Of a stretch of DNA of 64,000 nt, positions 45,838 through 54,294 are shown piece by piece. The stretch's first letter is position 1; the number at the start of each line of letters is the position of its first letter. The stretch is from a virus. Lineage: Duplodnaviria > Caudoviricetes. The stretch is taken from the IMG/VR virus record IMGVR_UViG_3300025018_000091; one strand, given 5' to 3'. The notes beneath the pieces were generated by a model that searched no databases, was not told the origin of the DNA, and saw nothing but the letters and a program-made list of their open reading frames with translations. The position numbers and the translations under genes are program-made.

Positions 45838-45942
45838 TCAGAACAGAAACCCAACAATTGCGTGGGCAGTCAGCCAGCAAAAGGCTAGCGTGACTCCCAC
45901 GCCTAAAACAACACCCAAAGGCGATTCAGACTCAGACATCAT
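45838..45942 (-). CDS. 34-aa membrane peptide
   Basis: single hydrophobic helix between two elements. Confidence 0.5.
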   Translation of the reverse strand: MMSESESPLGVVLGVGVTLAFCWLTAHAIVGFLF

Positions 45943-45962
45943 TGCACCTTTCACATACCGGC

Positions 45963-46073
45963 TTGCCCCAGTTACTCGATGGGGCAAACTCATTCCGTCC
46001 GCAGCGTAACCATCATCGTCTCCGCTGCGTCGCATCGAACACAACCTACCTTGCCCCGCTTACTTGATGGGGC
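45963..46073 (-). promoter_or_regulatory. two GCCCC-N13-GGGGC elements (45963, 46051; copies 16-17)
   Basis: 23-mers; flank shared with 40060..40109. Confidence 0.7.
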
Positions 46074-46102
46074 GCGACACGCTTTTATGGGCGGTCTGTT
46101 GT

Positions 46103-46305
46103 TGGCTTAACTCTTGCTCCTTGCAATTAGCATGCCATGATGGGTGCGGGCGATTTGGGGCATCGCCGCGCGCCCATCTTGGCACGGCACGTTTGCACAT
46201 TGCGACGACCATGCCACATGCACAGGACAGCACAATTATTGTGTGAGCGTATTATTGTGTGAGTGGAATGACTTGGCACGCTTGCTTATTGCAAGACACG
46301 CGCCA
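46103..46305. promoter_or_regulatory. cluster of sigma54-type motifs (46103+, 46122..46137-, 46201..46216-, 46290..46305-)
   Basis: TGGCATGCTAATTGCA, TGGCGCGTGTCTTGCA. Confidence 0.6.
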
Positions 46306-46381
46306 ACAGGACGACAGACGCAAAAAAAATCCGCTTCCCGGTGGGAAGCGGACGAAGGGGCGGAACCCGCCCCTGCTGTTG

Positions 46382-47296
46382 TTATTCCAGGTATTCCAGG
46401 ATTTCCGTCGTGTCGTCGGCGGCAGATTCCGCCAAGAGGCGAGCAAGCTCAGCCTCCCGATCCGCCTCAGACACATTCGCCAACGGAGCGGATTCAACCG
46501 GGGCGGAATTCTTCTCGGCTTCGTTCGCCAGCGCCTTGCGGCACCGCGCACGCCGCTCGTCCATCGTGGACGGATCCAGTGTGAGCGGGCGAAACGTTTC
46601 GCCCGGCTCGTTGACTGGCACACCGCTTGCATTGACTTCCGCGCCACCGAACGTTCCGTTATGGAACGCAATGACCGTTTCCGTCGTAAGCTCGCTGTTT
46701 CCAGCGTCACGGTAACGACGCGCAAGCGCGCCGACATCGCAGGATTCCACCTCGGACAGAATCTGCTCTGCGAGGTACAGCTTGACCGACGCCATCGCCC
46801 GCTCCGTGATCGCCATCTCTGCCAGCAATTCCTTTTCTTCCATGTTTCCCGCCAAGTGAGACTTGCGTTCCAGTGTCGCTGCAAGTTTTCCGTGCTCGTC
46901 GGATTCCTCCACCATGGCACTGGCTCGTGCAATTCCCGAGCCAATCATCTTGCGAATCTCATGATCCGCACCAGCCGCACCTGGCACGAATCCTGCAACG
47001 CCAGCGTAGCGCTCACCGCGCCACACCACGAATCCGCTGGCATCGGATCCGGTGTTGCCCTTGATAGGGGCGGTTCCGCTGGGGGCGGAAACGGTCGCCG
47101 TGGGCGTTGCAGTGGGGGCGGACTTCGCGGACTTCGCGGCTTTCGCAGATTCCTTGGCTGCCCGCTTGGCAGCCTTTTCCGCCGCTTTCGCGGCTTTCGC
47201 GGCTTCCGCGGCTTCCAGGTTCTCATCGTGTTGCGCCATATGCTTGGCTTGCGCAGCGAGCATTGCGTTCAGGGCGGAAAGGGCGACGTTCGACAT
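46382..47296 (-). CDS. Ala/Lys-rich N-terminus, acidic C-terminus; first gene of the leftward unit
   Basis: AAKAAKAAEKAAKRAAKE repeats; downstream of element copy 18. Confidence 0.75.
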   Translation of the reverse strand: MSNVALSALNAMLAAQAKHMAQHDENLEAAEAAKAAKAAEKAAKRAAKESAKAAKSAKSAPTATPTATVSAPSGTAPIKGNTGSDASGFVVWRGERYAGVAGFVPGAAGADHEIRKMIGSGIARASAMVEESDEHGKLAATLERKSHLAGNMEEKELLAEMAITERAMASVKLYLAEQILSEVESCDVGALARRYRDAGNSELTTETVIAFHNGTFGGAEVNASGVPVNEPGETFRPLTLDPSTMDERRARCRKALANEAEKNSAPVESAPLANVSEADREAELARLLAESAADDTTEILEYLE

Positions 47297-47344
47297 GTTT
47301 TTTTCTTTCGGCTGGGAGAAAAAATTTTTGGTGTACTAGCTGGC

Positions 47345-47367
47345 TTACCCCCCTTACTTGATGGGGC
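47345..47367 (-). promoter_or_regulatory. GCCCC-N13-GGGG(T) element, copy 18
   Basis: TTACCCCCCTTACTTGATGGGGC. Confidence 0.65.
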
Positions 47368-47502
47368 AGGGCTGTTCCGTTCGGGACAAAATCCGCTGGG
47401 GACGGATCGCCCAGCTGGGACGGGGGTTGTGGTACGTGCTGTGTAATAGTGCGAGAAGTATGCCAAGGTGGTAGAAGGTGGCAGGATGTAGGACAAACCG
47501 GC

Positions 47503-47535
47503 TTGGCATGCTTGCTATTAGCGAGAATCATGCCA
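47503..47535 (-). promoter_or_regulatory. sigma54-type motif with inverted TTGGCA(C/T)GCTTGC
   Basis: near copy of 40174..40206 and 44525..44557. Confidence 0.55.
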
Positions 47536-47844
47536 CAATAATCCTACTATTCTAGGTTTTACCTGGCATGAAGTATCATTCTACTACTCCAGACTTTACT
47601 GATTAGGATGATACTCCAGACTTTTCCTGCAATGTAGTATCGTGCAATGATTCCGTTTTTTCTTTCTTTGTCGCGGAAAGAATAAAAAGAATAAAAAGAA
47701 GATAATTGGTAATAAGAAAAGAAAAAGAAAAGTTTGGAAGATGTAGTTGGCATAGCTCGTTTTGCTATATTGCAATTGGCATACCAACTACAGTATCCTA
47801 CCTTGGGGCTGATGTAGGATAAAAAGGTGGAGCGGGTGTCGCGT

Positions 47845-47860
47845 TGGCACGCTTTTTGCC
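47845..47860 (+). promoter_or_regulatory. sigma54-type motif facing the metalloprotease gene
   Basis: TGGCACGCTTTTTGCC. Confidence 0.5.
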
Positions 47861-48186
47861 ACCCAAATAGGGGTCAAATTACTAAATCCATACTCTCCTT
47901 CCCCCTTCAACCCTAAATCCACATATCATAACATACTCTAATGTATTCTATAGTCATTCATAATACCTAATTTGAACTTCTGAAAGAGCCCCTAATAGGG
48001 TTATAGCAATATTATAAACACCCATAACCACTCTTTACCACTATTTGACACTCCAAACCACCCAATTTGAATTTCTAATTTCTTTCTATCTTCTTATCGC
48101 ATTATATTGGCTGTTTTTTGAGGCGATATATGTATGGTCAAAAAATAGGATATATAATAAGGCGGTATATATGGGAGGAGAGGCAA

Positions 48187-48834
48187 ATGAGAAAAGTGAT
48201 ATCTATATTAATGATGGTGATTGTAGTTTTATTTGTATCAGTGATGAGGGGATGCAAGTGTGAGGATAGTAATGAGGTTACGTATCATTATTTGACACAG
48301 GAGAGGGTAGATGTAGAGACAAAGGTAATGAAGGTATATACAGATTTATTCTTTACGGATATGGAGAGGCATATAATATGGAGGGCGATGGACAGGTGGA
48401 ATTTAGTAATGAATGGATATGTAAGAATGGAGGATGCAGGTGGATTTACGATGGAGATAGAGAAGATAAAGGAAGCTGAGGCAGGGGGAGCATATATAGT
48501 GATGAGATTAGGAGTAATGAGTCCATTAATAAAGAATGAGCCAGGGACAATGACATTAGGATTTACGGATGAGATAGGAGGGAAGTATTTATATTTGGTA
48601 CCTGACTATATAGGGGAGGAGAATTTATATGGGGTAGTATTACATGAGTTTGGACATTTAATGGGTGCTAGGCATACGAAGAATGGATTAATGAGGTTGG
48701 GATATAGTATAGGTAAGGAAGTATGTATAGATAAGGAGACAGTGGAGCAGATAGAGGGATATGATTGGAGGAGGATGAATTATTGTGTAAGGGATAATGC
48801 GGACAAGTTATTTGAGATAGAATTTAGTCCATAA
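48187..48834 (+). CDS. exported matrixin/metzincin-like zinc metalloprotease
   Basis: HEFGHLMGARH (HExxHxxGxxH) plus GLM Met-turn; signal or lipobox-like N-terminus; GGAGG RBS. Confidence 0.85.
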   Translation: MRKVISILMMVIVVLFVSVMRGCKCEDSNEVTYHYLTQERVDVETKVMKVYTDLFFTDMERHIIWRAMDRWNLVMNGYVRMEDAGGFTMEIEKIKEAEAGGAYIVMRLGVMSPLIKNEPGTMTLGFTDEIGGKYLYLVPDYIGEENLYGVVLHEFGHLMGARHTKNGLMRLGYSIGKEVCIDKETVEQIEGYDWRRMNYCVRDNADKLFEIEFSP

Positions 48835-48871
48835 GAAGCGGTGGGTTGGGATAGAGTATGTTGATTTTAAA

Positions 48872-49768
48872 TTAACCTTGGAATGGCCAAGGGAGGCAGA
48901 TATAATTATTTAGTCCCCATACGATATAGGATCTGGTAGCGGTAGTGATAGTGCTTTTAGCGGCTCTGGAGGTACCCATCCATTGAGCGACAGTACTGAA
49001 ACCTTTCCAACCATTAGCGGTTGGTTGGGTATTATTTCTGGCATGTGGTACAGGTGATATAGAATCTTTACTAGAGTAGGGATTAACGGACAGACCTATA
49101 GGAAAAGCGTCGCCACCGGAGGATGAAGCGATAATAGAACCTGGTATAGAACCCCAGAAGGATCCTGTCCAACCTTTTGAGGTTTCATTAGTTGCTAAGT
49201 CACCTTCTTCTGCCAATCTATATACATTATAAGCAAATACGGTAGCGCAGATATAAGGGTCTGGATCATCTGGATGATAGGTACCTTCAGCCATTGGATC
49301 ATATATGATTAGACCTCCGGCATCAGTATTTTGCCAACCGAACAGGACCCAACCATAAGGGGCGGCGTCATCTACGCAAGAGTGCCAGACGGAGCTACCG
49401 CTAATAAAGAGGTCGGAGGCGTCGGTACATAGGTATTTTTCATCTGTAGCGGTAGCTCTAGCGGAGGAAGTACCTCCTGTGAACAGGGCGCCTTTAGAAT
49501 ACAATACATCCCATCTATCAGTAGTTGATGTACCACCCATGGAGAAGCACCATTCAGCGCCATCGTCGGGTCGTCTGAGTACCATCCAAGAGTTAGCATT
49601 AGTGAGACTAGCAACAGAGGAGATATTATCGCCATCACCACCTGTAGTTCCGTTACCGGATCTTGGTACAGACCAGCCACAGGATACGAGTAGGACTTTA
49701 TGACCATAGAGCCATTCAGCGCCGCTGTTACTACTTATAGAGTTATTTACATCAAATTGCCAAGTCAT
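48872..49768 (-). CDS. Gly/Ser/Trp-rich hypothetical protein, possibly virion or surface
   Basis: 298-aa track ORF. Confidence 0.7.
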   Translation of the reverse strand: MTWQFDVNNSISSNSGAEWLYGHKVLLVSCGWSVPRSGNGTTGGDGDNISSVASLTNANSWMVLRRPDDGAEWCFSMGGTSTTDRWDVLYSKGALFTGGTSSARATATDEKYLCTDASDLFISGSSVWHSCVDDAAPYGWVLFGWQNTDAGGLIIYDPMAEGTYHPDDPDPYICATVFAYNVYRLAEEGDLATNETSKGWTGSFWGSIPGSIIASSSGGDAFPIGLSVNPYSSKDSISPVPHARNNTQPTANGWKGFSTVAQWMGTSRAAKSTITTATRSYIVWGLNNYICLPWPFQG

Positions 49769-49801
49769 GAAGATATACCTTTTTATGATATATAACTTAG
49801 T

Positions 49802-50161
49802 TTATAGGAAGGTTAATATAGTTTTAAGTTTATCTGGAGCGGAAGAGGGGGTAATATTGATGGCGGAATTGAGTTTAGTAATGATATTGATTACATATTT
49901 TTCATTATTTTTAAATTTACTGATAGTGGTAGAATTTTCTAGGTGGTCTACGAGAATTTCGTAGCGGGAGTTATCCAAGTGGACTTTAAAGGAGATGAAG
50001 TTTTGAGGGATTTCTGTATCTTTTGGGTCATCGTTATCGAATTTTATTAATTTAGAATTAACTAAGATATAATCGCAGTGAGTACATTCCAGGGGATTTT
50101 CATAGAATTGGTTTAAGAATTCGAATTTAGTCAGGGTATTATTACAATAAAGGCAAATCAT
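49802..50161 (-). CDS. array protein (Zn ribbon plus tail)
   Basis: CLYC..CTHC; ends DKLKTILTFL*. Confidence 0.8.
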   Translation of the reverse strand: MICLYCNNTLTKFEFLNQFYENPLECTHCDYILVNSKLIKFDNDDPKDTEIPQNFISFKVHLDNSRYEILVDHLENSTTISKFKNNEKYVINIITKLNSAINITPSSAPDKLKTILTFL

Positions 50162-50505
50162 GAGAATGTGAGTATAGTTTTGAATTTACTATGAAAGTTA
50201 GATGGATTGAGATTGAATGTGGGGATTTCCATAATGGGGTAATGGTTATTATTGTAGAAAACGATTAATTTTGATTCTATAAAGATAATTGAGTAATAGT
50301 CATTTTTATTTGGGGTTAGGCAGATCCAGTTTAATTTATTATCATTATCTGGGAAGCAATAAGTGATTATGAAATTATTATTACAGGGATCGCATGTTCT
50401 GAGGTATGAAGATATTGATTTTGTTGGTTTATTGCAGAATTTACAATTTAGTGGTGGTGGGATACTTTGATTATTAATATCTTCAATTAATTGTTTTTTT
50501 GCCAA
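50158..50505 (-). CDS. array protein
   Basis: CKFC..CDPC; ends SKFKTILTFS*. Confidence 0.8.
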   Translation of the reverse strand: MAKKQLIEDINNQSIPPPLNCKFCNKPTKSISSYLRTCDPCNNNFIITYCFPDNDNKLNWICLTPNKNDYYSIIFIESKLIVFYNNNHYPIMEIPTFNLNPSNFHSKFKTILTFS

Positions 50506-50519
50506 TGTACTATAATCCT

Positions 50520-50891
50520 TTATGAGAAAATCACATAAGTTTTTAGTTTGCGGAAGAAGTTATTTGGAGTAATATCTAATATTCCTTTAACTTTAAAAAT
50601 AGATTCATAAATGGGTAGTGGTTTAGTGAAGCAGAGTAGTTCAGTATAATCGAGGTCATAGTTTATCATAAAGAAGTAGAATTTTTCAGCATTATCATTA
50701 AATCTATTGGGGTCGCAGATAGAGATAGAGATATATTGGATATCATCATTTTCTGGATATTGCCATTCATAGTAGACAGGTATTGGGCATTTGTGGCACC
50801 AGCCGATACTCATATTTAGATCTGGATGATTATTTTCATAAGTTGGATCTAAATCTGTGTTTACTTTATTGTGACAAAATTTACAATTCAT
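50520..50891 (-). CDS. array protein
   Basis: CKFC..CHKC; ends RKLKTYVIFS*. Confidence 0.8.
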   Translation of the reverse strand: MNCKFCHNKVNTDLDPTYENNHPDLNMSIGWCHKCPIPVYYEWQYPENDDIQYISISICDPNRFNDNAEKFYFFMINYDLDYTELLCFTKPLPIYESIFKVKGILDITPNNFFRKLKTYVIFS

Positions 50892-51232
50892 GAGAATAAT
50901 ATATATAATTTAACTGAATCAAAATTAGTGGGAGTTACTGGTAATCTTTTAGGGATTACGATTTGGGTTGCTGGGACATCGCTCATTGTAATAAATGTTT
51001 GAGTATTTGTTAGATGTACGATAACGATAGCTGATTTTCTTTTAAAGGTTAATTGTGTACTTTCTAGGGACCAACCGTTAGGTTTATCATTATCATCCAG
51101 ATGTCTAATAAATCTAAATATTGCATTACATTTAAAGCATTGGGATATTTGGAGATTTATTAAGTCTCCGGAGAACAAATAATTAATTGATTTTAGATCT
51201 GAATCACAATAGAGGCATTTTTTACAATTCAT
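50888..51232 (-). CDS. array protein
   Basis: CLYC..CFKC; ends DSVKLYILFS*. Confidence 0.8.
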   Translation of the reverse strand: MNCKKCLYCDSDLKSINYLFSGDLINLQISQCFKCNAIFRFIRHLDDNDKPNGWSLESTQLTFKRKSAIVIVHLTNTQTFITMSDVPATQIVIPKRLPVTPTNFDSVKLYILFS

Positions 51233-51693
51233 GAGAATACGATTAATTTTCTTAATTTATGAAATATATAGGTAGCTTGTTCATGCATATCGTTATTAGT
51301 TGATAAGGGAATGAATGGTACTTGTATTAAGGGGGGGTCAATAAAGTTTGATAGTAATTGTGTAAACTTTTCTTTTTTAGAATACTGTAAGCTAAACTTA
51401 CCCATATCATTTTGAAATAGCATAGGAGTTGATGGGGTAGCTTTAAGGATATATAGTTTATCTTTATGGATGAATTTTAGATTATAGTGGTCACAGATCC
51501 ATTCTTGATTAGAGTATGATGGAGGGACAATGACGCCGAAGTGACATCCACCAGTTGGGCATCTATCGCGACCATGCATATAGTCATAATTGACGCAATA
51601 AAGGTTCATACGATAGGAATCTGGGTTAACGTGGTTAACGTGATGGCGTTCATCGCGATTTTCCATTGTTGATAAGCAAGCTGGACATTTCAT
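51229..51693 (-). CDS. array protein
   Basis: CPAC; ends HKLRKLIVFS*. Confidence 0.8.
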   Translation of the reverse strand: MKCPACLSTMENRDERHHVNHVNPDSYRMNLYCVNYDYMHGRDRCPTGGCHFGVIVPPSYSNQEWICDHYNLKFIHKDKLYILKATPSTPMLFQNDMGKFSLQYSKKEKFTQLLSNFIDPPLIQVPFIPLSTNNDMHEQATYIFHKLRKLIVFS

Positions 51694-52055
51694 GAGAATA
51701 ACAATATAGTTTTGATTTTATTTGTTAAGTTCTGGGGAGTTACATAAATTATGTATGGAAAACTATTTACATTACTAGAGTTTCGCATAAATTGCATAAA
51801 CTTTTTATTTGAATAAGTTATTGTACTAATTGTACTTTTTCTAATTTCTGATTTATTATTTCTTAAATCTAATCTAAAATGATATGGACTATAGTTATGT
51901 AATGTTATATCGTTGATAGTTCCTCTATAAGCCCAATATCTAACATTACATATATTACATGTATAAACTTTGTGATTATAATCATAAGTATAATTAGTAA
52001 TATTACCATAAGTATATGGTTTAAGAGTTTTTCTGTTGCAATATTTACAAATCAT
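51690..52055 (-). CDS. array protein
   Basis: CKYC..CNIC; ends NKIKTILLFS*. Confidence 0.8.
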   Translation of the reverse strand: MICKYCNRKTLKPYTYGNITNYTYDYNHKVYTCNICNVRYWAYRGTINDITLHNYSPYHFRLDLRNNKSEIRKSTISTITYSNKKFMQFMRNSSNVNSFPYIIYVTPQNLTNKIKTILLFS

Positions 52056-52399
52056 GAGAATAACATATATAGTTTTACTTTTTGCGTTGCATTTTGTGGA
52101 GTGATATTTATTATTGAATTAAATGTTTTTTCAAATTTCTTTGTACCGATTCGATTCGAATCGATTTTATTGTAATTTACTTTTCCATAGTGAGTGCCTG
52201 TAATTTTTGTAGCATTGATAGCATGATATAAACTAATACCAAAATAATATTCATTTAAATAGAACCCAAAAGAAGTTTCTATTAAGTTATTATTTTTAAA
52301 ATAGAAACCACAATTACAATTTGGGCAAAACTTTTCATTGTTTTCAATATAAGATTGTAGTTCTATTAGATATGAGTCACAATATTTGCATTTAATCAT
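52052..52399 (-). CDS. array protein
   Basis: CKYC..CPNC; ends QKVKLYMLFS*. Confidence 0.8.
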   Translation of the reverse strand: MIKCKYCDSYLIELQSYIENNEKFCPNCNCGFYFKNNNLIETSFGFYLNEYYFGISLYHAINATKITGTHYGKVNYNKIDSNRIGTKKFEKTFNSIINITPQNATQKVKLYMLFS

Positions 52400-52740
52400 G
52401 AGAATAACAATATTGTTTTTAATTTAGATTTTGAGTTATTAATATCCATCTTAACAATATGATTAAGTGTTAGTATTCTTTTCCAAACGGTTGTATGATT
52501 TTTATTCTTCATTTTTCTTTCAAAATCAGGGAAACTGGGACCGCTTATATATGTTTTATCGTTCTTATAGTCTATAGTTAGAAAATATAATAATTTATTT
52601 AATTCTACATTGATATCGATTTCCAAGATATTATTATTACAATATAAGATGCTGGTCGAGCAAATTTCACATGAAATCATTCCAATATTATCATCATTAA
52701 CCAGATCGGCAATCAAGTTAGTACAATAAGGACAAATCAT
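52396..52740 (-). CDS. array protein
   Basis: CPYC..CEIC; ends SKLKTILLFS*. Confidence 0.8.
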   Translation of the reverse strand: MICPYCTNLIADLVNDDNIGMISCEICSTSILYCNNNILEIDINVELNKLLYFLTIDYKNDKTYISGPSFPDFERKMKNKNHTTVWKRILTLNHIVKMDINNSKSKLKTILLFS

Positions 52741-53105
52741 AAGAATACTACCAAAGTTTTAATTTTATTCAAAAGCTTTTCTTCTTCCATAGGTTGGATT
52801 GGTGGGCAAGTGAATATTGTTTTAAATAGCCACCGACCAGTTTTATATGCTTTACTGGCATGAGGGTGGTCTGGTGGTATATGTATGGCAACTTTTGTTT
52901 CTTTTTTATTTGTTCTAACTCTATAAGGAGGGACAATCATATCGACATGTTCTTCAACAATGGAGAAATGAAATTTTCTTTTACTGGCTTGGAATTTTAT
53001 ATATTTAGGACACCAATAGTAACCATCATATCCTTTGAGGGTTTTGCCGCACAAAGGACATGTCATTGTAATCTTTTCTTTAGTTTTATATCTTTTACGT
53101 TTCAA
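52737..53105 (-). CDS. array protein
   Basis: CPLC; ends NKIKTLVVFL*; start may be ATG 53066. Confidence 0.8.
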   Translation of the reverse strand: MKRKRYKTKEKITMTCPLCGKTLKGYDGYYWCPKYIKFQASKRKFHFSIVEEHVDMIVPPYRVRTNKKETKVAIHIPPDHPHASKAYKTGRWLFKTIFTCPPIQPMEEEKLLNKIKTLVVFL

Positions 53106-53452
53106 GAGAACACCGTGTACAATTTTAATTTATTTTTTATTAAATATTCAGCTTCATATGGAGAAAAGAACTTTAAATGATTAAGTGTTAGTATTATCTT
53201 CCATTTAGATTTAGGAAATACGGGATGACGCAGTTTGCTAACAATAGTTTTATTTTCTTCTATACGCTGAGTTATTCTATAACGATAATCACCAACTACT
53301 ATACTTAATCTAGATTCTGTAAGAATTGCCTCTTTTGTTCCTGGTTTAATTAAACAATACCAAGTATTACAATGCGGGCAATGCATTGATCTAGTTGTGT
53401 GTGAAATATCAAAATCTTTATTGCAGTTTCTGCAATGAAATAGAATATCCAT
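53102..53452 (-). CDS. array protein
   Basis: CRNC..CPHC; ends NKLKLYTVFS*. Confidence 0.8.
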   Translation of the reverse strand: MDILFHCRNCNKDFDISHTTRSMHCPHCNTWYCLIKPGTKEAILTESRLSIVVGDYRYRITQRIEENKTIVSKLRHPVFPKSKWKIILTLNHLKFFSPYEAEYLIKNKLKLYTVFS

Positions 53453-53453
53453 A

Positions 53454-53867
53454 TTAACTGAATGTTATTAGTAATTTAACGTTATTAAAAATTGTATCAA
53501 ATTGAGGTGCCAATGGTTCTTTAAGTTTTAGATTATAGAATTTAGGAATTTCCGTTGTACTGCCAGAATCACATTCATCATATCTAATTTTATATAGAGT
53601 TGTTTTCATTTCTTCTCTATTAGATTGCAAGTAATATGTTTTGCCATTTCGTCTAATGGTGGCAAAATAACTATGCACAATACCTTTTTGTTTAGGTATT
53701 GTGATTATATATAGATCTTCACTTTCATCATTTGAATCAAAAGAATCGTCCTCATCTCGATAGAAACAAGCCCATCTTGTATGATCCTTACGAAAAGAAG
53801 ATGTTTTTATCAGTGGATTGCCGCTCAAATGACACAATATAGGATCCATTCCTGATAATATAATCAT
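53454..53867 (-). CDS. array protein (degenerate Zn ribbon)
   Basis: ends NNVKLLITFS*. Confidence 0.75.
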   Translation of the reverse strand: MIILSGMDPILCHLSGNPLIKTSSFRKDHTRWACFYRDEDDSFDSNDESEDLYIITIPKQKGIVHSYFATIRRNGKTYYLQSNREEMKTTLYKIRYDECDSGSTTEIPKFYNLKLKEPLAPQFDTIFNNVKLLITFS

Positions 53868-53885
53868 TTAACAGCGCGTGTCAAA

Positions 53886-54263
53886 TTATAAAAATAGCAA
53901 ATATGTTTTTAATTTGTGTTCGATATTATCTGGAGTAATCTTAGGAGTATTATCAACACTTATTAAAGTGTGTTCTAATTCAAACAATGATTCTTCTAGA
54001 TATTCATAAGTTAATTCATCTTCTGCGGCGTTTATATATCTTATTGTACTTCTATTACTTAAATCATTAAATGACCAATTATAAATTTTACCATTAATCT
54101 GTTTATATATAGAATAAAAAGCAAGTTTACCACTTTTGAAGTAAATATATTTTATCATACATTTTTTACAACTTAGGATATCCAATCCTTCACGCTCATA
54201 AAATATGATTTTATGTTCGTTCAAATTAGATTCGCAAAATAAACATTTTTTAGTCTCATTCAT
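53886..54263 (-). CDS. array protein
   Basis: CLFC..CKKC; ends HKLKTYLLFL*; start re-set to MNETKK. Confidence 0.8.
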   Translation of the reverse strand: MNETKKCLFCESNLNEHKIIFYEREGLDILSCKKCMIKYIYFKSGKLAFYSIYKQINGKIYNWSFNDLSNRSTIRYINAAEDELTYEYLEESLFELEHTLISVDNTPKITPDNIEHKLKTYLLFL

Positions 54264-54294
54264 AATTTTGTATACTACTATCAGGAGAATTACT

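Noticed and set aside
46982-46997. sigma54-type match TGGCACGAATCCTGCA
   Set aside because: Inside a coding sequence on the antisense strand (VAGFVPG codons), so likely chance in GC-rich DNA.
13881-47367. REP/RAYT or IS200/IS605 end hairpins; Rho-independent terminators
   Set aside because: No 5' GTAG/GGAG in the REP position, no HUH transposase, all copies in one orientation, and no U-tract after the stem.
46252-47446. Long overlapping ORFs 46259..47446 (+) and 46252..46944 (-)
   Set aside because: Arg/Ser-rich shadow frames of the GC-rich gene 46382..47296, with no RBS or motifs.
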